From Lepidodermella squamata (Eukaryota > Animalia > Gastrotricha): 64,000 bases of DNA. The first letter of the stretch is position 1. Each line of letters opens with the position of its first letter. Below, piece after piece: positions 1 to 15,788 of this stretch. The stretch covers positions 1,488,001-1,552,000 of the forward strand of contig JBLDXI010000020.1 of NCBI GenBank assembly GCA_047495785.1, read 5' to 3'. The position numbers were made by a program, and so were the translations under genes. Under the pieces are notes generated by a model. The model worked only from the letters and a program-made list of their open reading frames with translations, did no database searches and was not told where the DNA came from.

Positions 1-27
1 AGCTTGTCGGCGCGCCACAAACCTTTG

Positions 28-140
28 GGCTGGGATGCCGCAAATGATTTCAAATGGGGCCATTCCGCTAACGTTTGGTGAGGTGAAGTGTTGTACGCTC
101 GGGCTGCCAGTCGAAGCTCCTTGTCCCTATCTCGACCATT
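28..140 (-). mobile_element. Degenerate LTR-retrotransposon (Ty3/Gypsy-like) integrase C-terminal fragment
   Basis: Minus strand reads NGRDRDKELRLAARAYNTSPHQT, then after a frameshift GMAPFEIICG. This resembles the W..L..A..AYNTS.H..TG.TPFE...G integrase motif. Confidence 0.55.
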
Positions 141-339
141 TCTCAGAGGTAAGACCATGCCATGAAGGAAGAGGATAGGTCGAAACACTGGACAGATTTC
201 TTGTCAAAACAATGTACTCGTTATACTGGTGATCGTAAGGACCAGCATTTGGATACGGGAAATGATTGTTAACTTGTTCTCTAACCCATTCTGGTAGTAG
301 TATGGGTCCAGTGTCAAAGGTTTTCCTTGGTAGATTTAT

Positions 340-490
340 GTGTGAAACGGTGTACCCTCCACCGCTGGCCATCACCCAACATTTGTAACTGAATCTGATA
401 GGCTTTCCTTTAATGAACATTTTCAAAGAGTTGGCATCAAAATAAACAATCATGCATTCTTCGATCGAAATTTCCGTTGTGAAATAACCA
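340..490 (-). mobile_element. Degenerate piggyBac-type (DDE_Tnp_1_7/PGBD) transposase fragment
   Basis: ISIEECMIVYFDANSLKMFIKGKPIRFSYKCWVMASGGGY matches the piggyBac SIDESMxxYxG...KQFIxGKPIRFGYKxW motif. The first catalytic D appears as E, and similarity is lost on both sides. Confidence 0.75.
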
Positions 491-824
491 AACTGTTTGG
501 AATTTCAATTTGGTTCCTAATTGTGGGTTGCATCTCATTTGACATAAACTGAGTAGATTCAAGGCCCAGAAATTGACGAATTCAAGTTGGCTTTTTCTAG
601 ACTGGGTATCCCACTCATGAATCTTTACTTCAAGCTTTCGATTCCTAATAAATCGAAACATTTCAACACGCCGAGTACACCCCGCATGATTCACCTTATA
701 TTATGATGAATACTTTATCAAAATAGCCGAGTTGTTTCCAAATTGTTCTGACGTCCTAAATCATCTTAGTTTTTTATTCATTTTCACGTCTTATTTGATT
801 CATTTTGAACTTCGTGCTTCCTAG

Positions 825-1380
825 GAGCTGAATCGGTTGCTACCATATTCGATTGATCTCACTTTCGTCGGCTGCAATTTATCGTCAAGACTTCATGGCA
901 AAAGTTTCCAGTTCGAAATTAACGATAGAAGATTGACATTGAAAATTCACAAGGGATTATATCAAGACTTTCTCGATCATAGCAACAAACCTTCTATTGC
1001 GATAGGTAGCTTGATTCTCTAATTTTCATCAATCGAACGTCTCTGTATTTCAGCTCTGAATGCTGGAATAGGGGTTTGTCCTGAATGGCTGCCAGCTTTG
1101 AGGAAGCTTAAGGTATTTACTCGTAATTTTGACTTCGATTTTCTTTAAATTTCTTTCATTTCAGGCGATCGATTGTCCCTTTTTCGCAACCGATTTTTGC
1201 AAGGAAGCAGTTGATTTTTCTGGTGGATATTTACGCCACCACAAATTGGGACATGTCAAATGCGTAGAGGAGAATCCATTTCAGTCTCCGATCAGGGCCA
1301 TTTTTTGCGATGACGCCACCGACTATCAGCCCGAGGCACGCAGTAACAAATGTGTTTACTCAATTGAATGGCAATCTTAG
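825..1380 (+). CDS. 3' exons of an MSS51/ZMYND15-like protein (5' exons not found in window)
   Basis: Exons 825-1005, 1054-1112 and 1165-1380 join in frame through 48- and 52-nt GT-AG introns: ELNRLLP...GLYQDF...PSIAIALNAGIGVCPEWLPALRKLKAIDCPFFATDF...EENPFQS. The NAG...W...NPF.S pattern is typical of the MSS51 C-terminal domain. AATAAA lies near 1406. Confidence 0.65.
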
Positions 1381-2289
1381 TTTTTTTCTGTTCACAAAAT
1401 TTGATAATAAAAATGAAAGGCGTTGGGTGATTACTATACCAGAAAAATCAGGCTGATTGATTCTAAGTGGCCGTTGCCACGTGCCTTGTCTGGGCAGCTT
1501 GCGCCGCGCACGTGACCGACATGAGAAAGCCGCAGAACAAACGTGACAATTAGCGCCGTTATCGTACGATTGGCGGTTCTTTTGAACAGCCGATAAAGTA
1601 ACTTATGGGGCGAGAGATATGGCATGCGAGTGGATGACACCGTCTGGCGGTCGTGTGTCTTATCATTAGCGCGTTGAATTGCGTTATTTTATTGGGCCAT
1701 GTAATGCATCAAGTGGTGATATATCCATGTTGCGCGCGCATGAAGTGCGCGAGACCGAAACTTTTATTAACGAGTGAAATTTAGTGTGAAAAAGTGAGTG
1801 TGTTATTTATTGCAACACGAGTTGAAACGAATCCACATGCGCGCTCGGTCAGCAGAAAGTTCAGCTGAGGGTCGCTGCGTTTAATACATATACGAGCCGC
1901 GCGTATCAGGATCCATCACGTTTACACGAGCGCGCTTAAATAGGCGATTCGATCCGCCAACTTTCTTCTCGTTTCTTCTTCTCCGTCTTGCTCTTCTGCT
2001 CGCAATGTCACAGCAGTTTGCACTTGGCTTTACGTACATCACTGGACTGACCTGTCGGTCCGAGTGCAGACGTACATACAGAGTGATACAATATTATATT
2101 AATAATATCGACCAGCAGTAGCAGCGACAAACGGCGACATGATAATAATAGTAAGCGAGTGAAACGAACGAAACGCCGTCTGTGTTTTATTATCATTACG
2201 TATCAAGCATTGCGTTATATATTACTACACTTCTTTTCGGCGGCCGGCCAAAACGCGGGACAATTGTCGCTGCTGCACGTCCGCACATC

Positions 2290-2392
2290 GCAGCAGCAGC
2301 AGCAACAGCAACACAGCGCCAACAATTGCGGCGAAGAAGATGATGATGATGATGACCTTGGCTATGGAAATATACTGCTGCTGCTGCTGTGT
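2290..2392. repeat. Short trinucleotide microsatellites (CAG/CAA, GAT, CTG) in non-coding DNA
   Basis: gcagcagcagcagcaacagcaa, gatgatgatgatgatga and ctgctgctgctgctg are visible directly. Confidence 0.8.
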
Positions 2393-5300
2393 CTAGCTCG
2401 CCTTACGCCTATGTATTATAGAACATATTCAGCCATTCATTCATTCAATATGTATTTGTTGAGCGAGCGACGTCTGTCGCCGTTGTTTGGTGGAGCTTGC
2501 GCGACAACGAGAACAACGCACCGAGTGACCGCCGCAGCGGCTCGCACCCAATGCCCCACCCTCGTATAGGTAGGCTGTACAAAAATAACACGCCTAGACT
2601 TCTTTACGAGTGTACACTTTCACGTCATCATGCGGCCCTAACAAGCTGCCTGGGCGCGGCTCGTATAGAGTAGGTGCCTATCGGCAATGGATGATGAGGA
2701 TGATGATGATTCGCGCGCTGATGACCGGCCGACCTTGCGAGTGCGATAACACGCACTCGATTGAACTGCCACTGCCCCCCATTGACCGATAGACGAGCTC
2801 GCATACATATATAAAAGCAACGTTAGCTTCATTTGATTCATTTATTGCATAACGCCGTTGCAAGGCCAGTACTGCAGAGCTGAATGAAACGGAAGGGAAC
2901 AACTAACGAACGGATCAACAAAATATATTGCTATTACGCCGCGGCCGTTCTCGGGTTTCCGCGCTGGCAGCTGCTCGCCAGCCAGCCAGCCGGTTGCGTA
3001 ACGAAAAACTTTCGCGCGAAACTTCGCCAACGCAAACAAACAATAACACGAAAACTTATCTCGGACGGCCGGAATGAGTTTATCAGTTTTCCGTAGAAAA
3101 ATGACTCGAACGCGACGAAAAAACTCCACGCAATTTCCCGCGCTGATAAGAATTCAAGAATGGCTGAAGACTACTACAACAGAATTCCGCAGACAGAAAA
3201 AAACTGTCAGTTGCACTTTGCCGCCATTTACACAACCATTATCCGGATGACTAGGCAACACAAGCTGCTGTCGGCACACGTGCCATTTGTTGTGGAAGAA
3301 AAATGAACAAAAAAATCGCTAACGCATTGCGCAGCTGGTCGAGGCGGTTTTGAGGCTGGAAAAAAAACGCGCACGAGCGATGCGGACACGTCGCCAATTA
3401 ATAGTCCGCTGTTGTATATTGCCTCGCCATTTGCGCGCGCACATTTAACCGACCATTTTTTGTTGGCACGGGTTAATACCCATGCCACAACACAGGAATT
3501 TGTGCACTCGAGCCGACGATAAAAATCTGCATGCAGGCAAACCAGAAAAAAATTGATGTTCCAACATGCCGACAGGCAATAAACCAGAAAACAAACCGGG
3601 AATCACACAATGATGCAAGTGTTTATTTCATGAAATAGCCAAATTAGGTAAATTAATTGATAACTGTAATATAGTTGAAATTTATATTCATGTATAATAA
3701 TAATTATTTTCAATATAATCGTAGATATATCATCATTATCATCATCTCTGCTGACGCTACTCCAGTAAGGTAGTTAGGATGCCTTTTTGGTAGAAAAGAA
3801 AATAAAACGTAGAGCGCAACACTGAAGAGAAGAACATTTGGTCGACTCGAATACCAGTCAGAAGAAAAAAATCGCCTGAATCTGAGCAATTACCAAAAAA
3901 ATGAATCAAGTGCTCCTAAGAGAACCTTAATCAGTTGACATGCTTTGTGCTTGATTATTCCGTTATAAAAAAGCCAGCATCAAAACGTTACGAGGTAAAA
4001 TCGAAGTCGATACAAGGCGATGTAGAAAAATTCGTGAGCTCGAAGGCCGCGGAATCCGGCAGGAGACTAGACAACGCAATTCATGAGACGGCAGAGCGAT
4101 GAGAGAAGCCGCCGAGCACTTCGCACCACCACGGACATTTCCACATCTCAATTCCAGAAACAAACCAGGTCAGCAGGTTTACAGTAGTATTAGTAGTAGT
4201 AGTAGAATAAAAGAATGCGCTCTTTTTGTTCACAAAACGATTGTTGCAAGAAGATTATGAGAAGTATAGTTGACTTCCTGATAGAAATTCTCTGTGAATA
4301 TAGGCATCTGATATCTAAACTAAAATTTGCTCTGATAGTTAGTCATTTCATCTGATGTTAACAAAATACAGACGCACGCGTTACACTGATGTGTTGTTTG
4401 GTTGAAAAAAATCATGAAACTAAGAATATAGATATATTTATATGTAACAGCGAGAATAATATTAGTAATCATCATATCGATAAGCTATCAAAAATCACTT
4501 TCATCATAATCATCATCGATTGTATTTTCGGCGTCCACAACAGTATAATAGCGATTTTTTAAACAATAATATTGCATCTCAATATTTTTTCCTTCGCCAA
4601 GATATATGTACACGTTTGTTCAGTTTTCTTTCCTTGCAATTAGAACAATTTTTCTCATTAAAACCGGAAGAATGATAATGAAATGTGATTAAGAGATAAA
4701 AAATCGTAGCTTTTTTTAACCGTAGTTTGTTACAACTACGCGTGAGCAAATCAGTTTTGAAGAGCCTAAAATTTGACCAAAAGCTCAACATCGATTCGAA
4801 CGAGAGTCGGAGAAGTTTTTATAGTGAATTTCTATTTAAAATGGGATTCTATTCCGATTCAATATGTACAACACTGGGAACGCTGAAACCACGACAAAGA
4901 GAAATAGGGGACAAGTTAGTTTTTGTTAGGTAGAGAAACGTTTCATAATAATTAATAATTCGATTTTAAAACGCCGTTTTCATATCAGTTTGTTTTAGAG
5001 GCGCTTTTTCAATAGATATTTCTGTTTCAATAATAATAATAATAAGAATAATAGATTTTCCTCTGAACCATCATCATATCTAAATATATTTTGTTGATGC
5101 AAATATATGTTGAAAAATTCGAAGAATTTGGTGCATAAACTTGGAGCGTGTTGAAATTTAACATCATCATTTTCTGTAATAATAATATAGATTTAGTCAT
5201 CTTCAATTTCGTCTTCAAGGCGCGTTTGATAGATATTATAAGATAAAATAACAAACGAAGAAACAAGAACTCTATTTGGTAGCATCTCCTTTTTACGCAG

Positions 5301-6243
5301 GCAAATCTTTTCATCATCACGCTGGAGAATGATCAGGTTCCCCATTCAACACTTATAGATAAAATGCTGTTAACTTTGCAATATAGATATAGGTAAAATA
5401 GTGATTAATATAGCTCTTATAACATTCATCGTATAATATAACACTTTCTTGTGAAAAAAACAACAAAAACTGCATCATCGTGTGAAGAACTTATCGAAAT
5501 ATAGAAGAAATTATCCAACTATGTTGTTGTTATTAAATGAAATAATGTACATTTTTCTTCTCCTCGAATATATAATGGCATTCTTCCTCGCATCATCATC
5601 AAATGCCAGGTATTTTATCTAAAATAGCATGTCGATTGGCGTAAATATATCATATAATTCATCATTTTAACAATTGAGATAGCCTTACGTTATATTACAC
5701 AAACACACAGACGGTTTTGTATCATCGATAAGATCTACCACATGCGTTTGTTTGGTCGTCACAAGAAAGTCGAACTATATTAATTTGTACCATCAAAATA
5801 GTAGCCTTGCATCTGAATCAAGATCGTAACATAGCGAGATTTCAACGATCTGATCTCTATGATCGAAATAGGAGGTAGGCAAGGTGCTTGAATAGATTTG
5901 ATGGGTTCTGAAACATAGTCGCCCGCACATAGATATTATTCATCAGTTTTCAGGCAATAATGACAAAATTTTTCAAAGAAAACAAGACGTAAAATTGAAA
6001 CTATATTATAAATGATATATGTACATCCACTCAGCCCGATAGCGATCAGGCGGTGAATCCAACAAGGAAAAAGAAGTTATACTAAATAATATTTTCATTA
6101 AAACTGTAAGGAACGTGATTCCATAAAAAGTAAGACATCTCGGCGTCAATAATAAGACAAGTCACCACAGGCTGCTGTAATGAAATCGAGACTGAAGATT
6201 GAGCAAGGCTTTTGTCACAGTTAATGAATTGCGCTGCAAGACT

Positions 6244-8012
6244 TCAGACAGCCAATTGTTGGTGATGGACGTTGTTGAAGCCATTGCCAATGCCTGGTGG
6301 CAGGTGATGACAGCGAGGGCATCTGACTTCGCCAGGCTCGGTAGTGGTGTGGCAATCCCGACAAACGGCGATCGAATGGTTGCAGTTGAGCACAAGTGGA
6401 ACAAGCGGGTCCATCACAGGATCAAAATCGCTCGACATGCAAATAGCGCATGGAGCCGGCGGTGATCGTTTCAGAATGGCCGAAATTGGAACTGTAGGAG
6501 GGCCTGAAAAAAATAAGTTAAATTCAAGAAAGAGAACACGGCGCTAGCAACAAACCATTGAACTTCTGAGGAATCGCACCATTGGGCTTCTGGGGTGTTG
6601 CTTCGAGAGCATTCTCCAACATACCGGCAACGGTGGCTGGGATAGGCGAAAATCCAGCGTTGGCGAACATCATGCTCGAAGTAGTGGTACCACACTCTGA
6701 GCCAGTTGTCGCCGTACCATTGGCAAGATGGAATGGATCTGAAACAAATCGTCGAGCGCCCAGATGGCTGCTAGAACCATCAGCCGCAATATCCGCCTGA
6801 TAACGCAAACCGCCAGGCGCCGCTCCCAAGCTGTTACTGCGATGTGGGTAGAATGCATTTTCACCTGACAGTAGTCCTTGACCACCAATCGGACCAAGGC
6901 CGCTCGAGTTGCCCCACATGGAAGATGAGGATGAATAAGTCCCAGACTGAAGACCATCATCATACGAGTTGCCGCCAGTGCCATTAACTCGAGGCGAGTT
7001 CTGCTGATAGTTGCCAAAACCACTGCCACTGTTGCCAAAGCCAGCTTCCCCAAGGACACCTTTGGAATAATTGCCCCCATGGTAACTACCGTTGCTGCTG
7101 CTGTAGTGACCACTTGAGCCGTAGTCATCATTGTGGTGGTGAAGGCAGTTGAGAAGGGATTCTGAAAGATGGCTGTCTCCGCCCATTCCCTTCGCCAAAG
7201 AGCCAGTGGATGATGACAGGAGGGACGCAGTATCGGAGCCAGAACCACCACTAATGATTTGTACGTCAGAATCTGCAAGACCGTTTCCAGTGCGAGATTT
7301 GATGTGAGTTTCGATTTTCTCACGCGCCTTCTCGACGTTGTCGCGGGTACCAGTGATCTCAAAGATAGGCTCTTTATCCCGGGAGGGAGTCACAATGTAT
7401 GTATGAGTGGTTTGCTGAATATTCTTGATGGTCGCACCCTTCGGGCCAACTACCAAGCCAACGACGCGATAGGGCACACGTACTTGGATTGTGACATGAT
7501 CAGTGGAAGTCATGCCGTTGTGTGTGGGTGCGCTACCAGTGATCAAACCTGCATTAGCATTCGCCCGGCGCGAGGCTCGAATCTGAGTGAAATGATCAGC
7601 GGCAGCTAGGATTTCCCTCTTCGCCGCTGTAACGTCTTCCTTGCGACCGGTGACGATGAAAACTGGTTCTTCGCCTCGCACAGGCGTCTTAATGTATGTA
7701 TTGGTCTTCGCGCGCAATGCTTTGATCTTGCAACCTATACACAGAGTGTTTAAAGGTAACACAGGCATGCAGAAATGAAAACAAACCTTGTCTGCCAACA
7801 ATTTCAGCGACATGCTCCGAGCTTGGAACTCGAACACATTCAGTGGTATTCTGGCTCTTCTTCTTCGCCAAGTCCAAATCTACAGCGGCAACGTTGTCAT
7901 CCATGCCAAGCCGTTGAATATCGATGGCCAATTGATAAGCGTGCATGTCCTCGGGTATGTATCCCAAAGAATTGGCATCGGATATATCGTTCGAATAATA
8001 CGATGCAGGCAT
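6244..8012 (-). CDS. MEX3: MEX3 RNA-binding E3 ligase (two KH domains plus C-terminal RING)
   Basis: Exons 8012-7787, 7734-6556 and 6503-6244, with two 52-nt introns. KH1 is [36 protein letters not shown] and KH2 is [20 protein letters not shown]. The last exon gives a C3HC4 RING: CAIC...CNH...CRDC...CPRCH. Confidence 0.95.
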
Positions 8013-9843
8013 GTTAAATGTCAGATATCTTGGGAATTTCGTATAAAATGTTCACGTTCTAGAAAATACCAAAAGACGCTGTGTAACCAATTGATAGGAA
8101 ACAAACACAACAACAGCTAACAGTGAAAACTACCAATTTTCGCGGGTTTAAAGTCTATTAAACTATATCTGGTAATGGACATTAAAGAATCTCGATATCT
8201 CGAAAATTCGGTTACCTATCACTCGCTAAGCGAAAGAAGCACTGCATAACACTTCAATGAATAACGTCGACTCTGTAATAACCGCCATGCCGAAATTGGC
8301 GCGAACATTTCAATTTCGGCCGCACAAACCAAAATTATATTTTTATAAATTCATTGTTAATTAAAATACTGGTATTGTTTTTAAATATTGAATTGCAAAA
8401 TTGTTTTAAGCAGCCGCAGTAAAATTTTGCCGCTCGGAAAAAGTCGCCAGCTTGCTCCTTTTCCCTTCTGTTTCCAAGCTCATGCTCATCGTTGCTCTTG
8501 TCCCAAATCTCATTTCGATACTGCACACGAGTTCGCGACTAATAACATCCTCTAAATCAATTGAATATCGTTTTATTGTTATTCAATGACCATTTTTCAT
8601 TTTTGTGAGATGAAAGGTTAAACGTCAGCTTAGAAACGAAACTGGCTTGGTTCCTGCCGGAATATGCCACGTAGATATCTATCATATAGCTGTTAATTGT
8701 GAGCCGTCGCCGGGAAAAAATTCGAGCTTCTATTTTTCTGCAATATTTTTAACATGTTCTATTGATGTAGAAATGGTTTCAGTTCTTTCAAGTTGCTTCA
8801 TGAATTCTTCGAAGTTGAACAGAGTTGTAATATAGGTAGTTTTCACTTTGAGTAAACGTGTGTTGAATTGCAGTGTGAGAAACTAGCACGATGCGCTACG
8901 GTGTATTGTTGGCTTTACCAGACACGACGGCGATGATCAAGAGGTGGATGAGTTCGCCCTAAATGCTAATCGGTTCAGCATGCAGTGGGCTCTATGGAAT
9001 CTCCATCTTCGAGGGCCCCAACAATTGTTGGTTGCTACAATTCAATGGCTCGATATACCTCCCTGAGGGCCGGACCTAGTCGGACCACTGTCGCAGGATT
9101 TCGTACCTAATTGAAAAACTTCTCTGCCGCTTTCGTGGAAATTACATTTAACTTGAACCAAATAATTCGAGCGGAGCCAGCAAATTTTGAGATTTTTCCA
9201 CTTAAAATAGTCCCAAATCATCCTCTTAAACATGACCAAAATATTAATTTCCTTTTGCCCTTTGCGTTAAATTTTGGTTAACATGCATGAAAATATACTC
9301 ATTTAACTCATATCCCGACTATCACAATTCGTTAAGTGCATTATTTGATTGATCATTTGATATTTGAAATGTGCATTCCACTGCCGAGATTTGCAAGCTT
9401 CGGTCAGTGAATTTTTTCAAAAGTTTGGTCCAAAAGCTTCAGCAAAGGCCGCACAACATATCATTATGGGGGTTTCACAAATCCAAAGGGTCCCCCTGTG
9501 GAATTTTCCAACAACAGATAATGTGGAGACCTGAGGAGTTTTCTCTGAGGACCAGAAAATCGCGGGCCCCAAGGCATTTGCCTTGTTTGCCTATAGTAAA
9601 ATCCGGCACTGGTCACTGGTAACAGGCAAAAAAGTATTTACGCATCACATTCTTGCTTTGCTAAAGCGTAACAATTTATTGGCGATAACCAGTTTTTTGG
9701 AGTACAAACGGTTGATGAAATTGAGCGCTATAAGTTTATTTCCGACGTTTCGGTTATTGGCTTATTTATTCGGTTATTTATTGGCGGAGGCAGAATTATT
9801 CATTTTCACCGACTACTCACGAAATTTATAACTGAACTAATTA

Positions 9844-10155
9844 CCGTCAACTGGGGTGACTTTGGCGTACCAAAAATCAAAGATGGTAAGGTAAATACCC
9901 CGCGAGTGGGGTACTGTTGGATAGCCTAGAGGAAATGCAGTCTGAAAATGGCATACGATTTATCAGACGGCTTCAGTTGGGCAGTCACCAAAGTTTTAAT
10001 AAAAATATCAACTTTTCGAAATTTTCCCATAACTTCACCTGCTATTATATGGCCTTAGATGGGTTGCATTGATGTGCATTGTACACATCCAGGCTGACCA
10101 TTGATTTTTGGTACGTCAAAGTCACCCCACTGCCCAAAGTCACCCCAGTTGACGG
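9844..10155. mobile_element. Non-autonomous pogo/Tc1-mariner-like MITE with TA target duplication
   Basis: TA|CCGTCAACTGGGGTGACTTTGG at the left end and CCAAAGTCACCCCAGTTGACGG|TA at the right end. A subterminal CGTACCAAAAATCAA is also mirrored. Confidence 0.85.
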
Positions 10156-10282
10156 TATAGGTTGCAGTTTTGAAGTACACATCACCTCCACTTTTGTCTT
10201 TCGTTGACGTACGTCTCCTGTAAATTACTCCCTTGTAAAAGATAGAACTAACACTTTCCAAGCCGAAGATTTATATTATGAT

Positions 10283-11218
10283 TTATTTCAAATTAATTCG
10301 GTAGGCCTTGAAATGATGATTCAGACCATCGATGAGATGCAGGTGAAATAAACTCTGAATAGCACCGGCAAGATAGTTCGGCTTTACAAAATAAACCGAT
10401 CTTGCTCTCGAATGGACAAGCGCCATGGCACACATAGCACAAGGCTCGCAATCCAAGAACACATCCAAATTGTTGCACAAATATTGGACATCATTCGAAT
10501 TTGTTTCTCGATTAGCTAAACAAATTTTTGCCCATTTAGCGATCAGCCTCAGAACAACATGAGCATGCGGCTTCATCACGCACTGTGACTTGCAAGTCGC
10601 CTCGCACAGAATATCCTGGTCTCTAAATATAACAGCTGAAGTGCAGCAACAAGACGAGCCGTGGCATACTTTATCGGCTTCAGTGTTTATGAGGGTGTTG
10701 AAGAACGACTCATCGTCAGCTAAAATCAAAGATTCATGTAGACTGGCTTCAACGTCCGGATCTTCTCGAAAGCCTCCCAAAGACCAAATTTTCAAATAAT
10801 CGTCGTATTGCTGTCGAGTGAGCGGCCGCTGTGTCGGCAGAGCGACGAGAGAAAAACGGCAGAAACCTTCTGCCATCATCTTGTGACCCAGCGAAAGCAT
10901 TTTTAACCGATAGCGTTCATCCACCCCGTCATTTTCGAGTAGCGGGGAGCCATTGAAACTCGCGTTTGGCTTCTCAGCCTCCAACTTGTTTGCATCGCAA
11001 ATAAGGATGTCAAAGTTGCCAGTCACGATGTTCTTCCGGACTCTCTTGTAAAACTTCATGGTTTCCATGGGCCATTCAGCTGTCACACTGAGAACTAATT
11101 TAGAAACAAGTTTCCCTTGCTCAGATTTGACATGGCCAACCAAAACAAAAGCGAAGTCAGTAATAACTGGCGAATATCTTCGGTGTATTACTGGGCTTAT
11201 TGATTTAACCTTACTCAT
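10283..11218 (-). CDS. ADAT3: tRNA adenosine-34 deaminase non-catalytic subunit (Tad3), intronless
   Basis: YLCNNLDVFLDCEPCAMCAMALVHSRARSVYF and LNHHF motifs. The zinc-site His is followed by V rather than the catalytic E. Confidence 0.92.
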   Translation of the reverse strand: MSKVKSISPVIHRRYSPVITDFAFVLVGHVKSEQGKLVSKLVLSVTAEWPMETMKFYKRVRKNIVTGNFDILICDANKLEAEKPNASFNGSPLLENDGVDERYRLKMLSLGHKMMAEGFCRFSLVALPTQRPLTRQQYDDYLKIWSLGGFREDPDVEASLHESLILADDESFFNTLINTEADKVCHGSSCCCTSAVIFRDQDILCEATCKSQCVMKPHAHVVLRLIAKWAKICLANRETNSNDVQYLCNNLDVFLDCEPCAMCAMALVHSRARSVYFVKPNYLAGAIQSLFHLHLIDGLNHHFKAYRINLK

Positions 11219-11350
11219 TAAAACGCTTGTTCTACTTGAGAATGATAAACATTAAAAAGACGATGGATTGAATTCAATTGTCATTTTATTCGTGGGTACA
11301 AAAATTGGCTTGGCCTAATAATAACAAATTAGTAGTTGGAAGAGACGTGT

Positions 11351-14213
<2,863 letters not shown>

Positions 14214-15788
14214 TTTCCGCAATCGATATCATGCAATAAATAAACTTCTGCGAGAAACAGGGATAAAAAAGTTTAACCTATGTTTAAAAAAGCACTACAG
14301 CGATCATGTCAATCTCAAATGTCAATGGCTGATTAAAATATTAGCAGCTTGAATACTAGAAATTGCTGAACAGGTGCTTAAAGCTGAAAACAGAACAACT
14401 GCACAGTTGAAATATGGCCTTGATAACATTGCTTTGTTGCACCCGAACCGCGAAATCTGTCGGTGCCCAGAAGAGAGTTTTCACCTAGCGCCTTATAGGC
14501 ATGTGATAATCACAATCAAAAGTAGAGAAGCCTCCGATTATCATTCGCTTTTCATTCGCTTTACTCCTTGACGCAATCGAAGCAGGCCAACACGTGAATC
14601 CGGACCTTTTTGACCTTGCTTTTCTGCCCGCCAAAACGCGCGCACCTCCGTTGCCTAAAAACTATAATGACCACTAATAATTTAAATAATATTTAATATG
14701 TTTAGATATAGTGTTTCAAATTGTAGTTGAAGTTTTTATAAGCCGCGAAAAATTCAAATACCAAAATCCATCGGCAGCACACACCCAGCACTGCGCTATT
14801 TTGCGGAGGGGTCTGGACAGAGGCATGTTCAGGCTCGCCCGTTTTACGACCTGCTGGTTGGGTTTCGCTGATCAGAAGGAAAGACCTATACCACCAAAGC
14901 TATTCTTGCAGCTGGCAAATTCTTCACGGTAGCGATAATATCACAGTCCAAGGTTGAAGTTTGAAGTTGAGACACTTTTTGCACAGTACCATTTCGGTGG
15001 CCTGGTAGATTCTGCGCGTTGAAGCTCTTGACCTACTGACCACTAGCTGATCGGAAGAAGAAAGTGTGAAAGCAAGACCTTGTCAGATGACCCAAGAAAA
15101 TTTGCTGGTGGACGCGCAATCTACATCGCCAGTCGTAGCGAGCAGTGAACATGTTGTCTACACGTTGGCATAAAATTCAATTTCCGTTTAATTTTCATTA
15201 AAAGCTTGAATCAGTGCGGCAAAATACATTGTATTCTTAACTTTGTCTAAAGGCGTTCGTCAAGCTGCTTTCGTCTTCGACTAGGAAACAACTTTTCAAT
15301 CATAGTATCACAATAGGGCCACAATAAGTGTACTTTTCTAATTTTTCCTCCATTGATTTGTGCCACAAGGCTTGTGTAAAACGCCGCCACCCCGGTGCAC
15401 GGGTTCTAATGCTCAATCTGAAACCAAAGTATATCGTCAGGAGACTGGTGATTGGGCTTATAACTACATCCATACTATCCACGAGAAATGGCCAATCTGT
15501 CTTGAGAAGTTGTCTCAATACATGCTTGAAGGCATTTGGCTAACGTGAAGAAGATTCATTATCAAGCCCAGAATTCATTTATCTATAGTTTGTACCACCG
15601 CTTTCTCGAAAAGCCCATTAGGGCAACCAATTGAGATGCACGATAAGAAAAGAGCCCGTAATTACTGTGAGCTATTTATGTCTATTCTTATGCAACTCAC
15701 CTATTTATTCGTCGGCATTAAAGATTTGTCCGCCGCCGTACTAAGAATTAACAATTTACTATTATTTTTTCCAGGATCATATTTTATT

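Noticed and set aside
2008-3488. Several 60-136 aa ORFs with poly-Q/D/S/M runs
   Set aside because: They are by-products of microsatellites in GC-richer non-coding DNA, with no domain motifs or consistent exon structure.
6670-7362. 230-aa alternative-frame ORF inside MEX3, and similar shadow ORFs in ZMYM, SUV3 and UPF1
   Set aside because: Overlapping low-complexity frames of real CDSs with no independent evidence.
14374-15548. Short ORFs between SPG7 and the TPR-SET gene
   Set aside because: No recognisable motif or coherent splice pattern; probably a divergent promoter region or decayed repeat.
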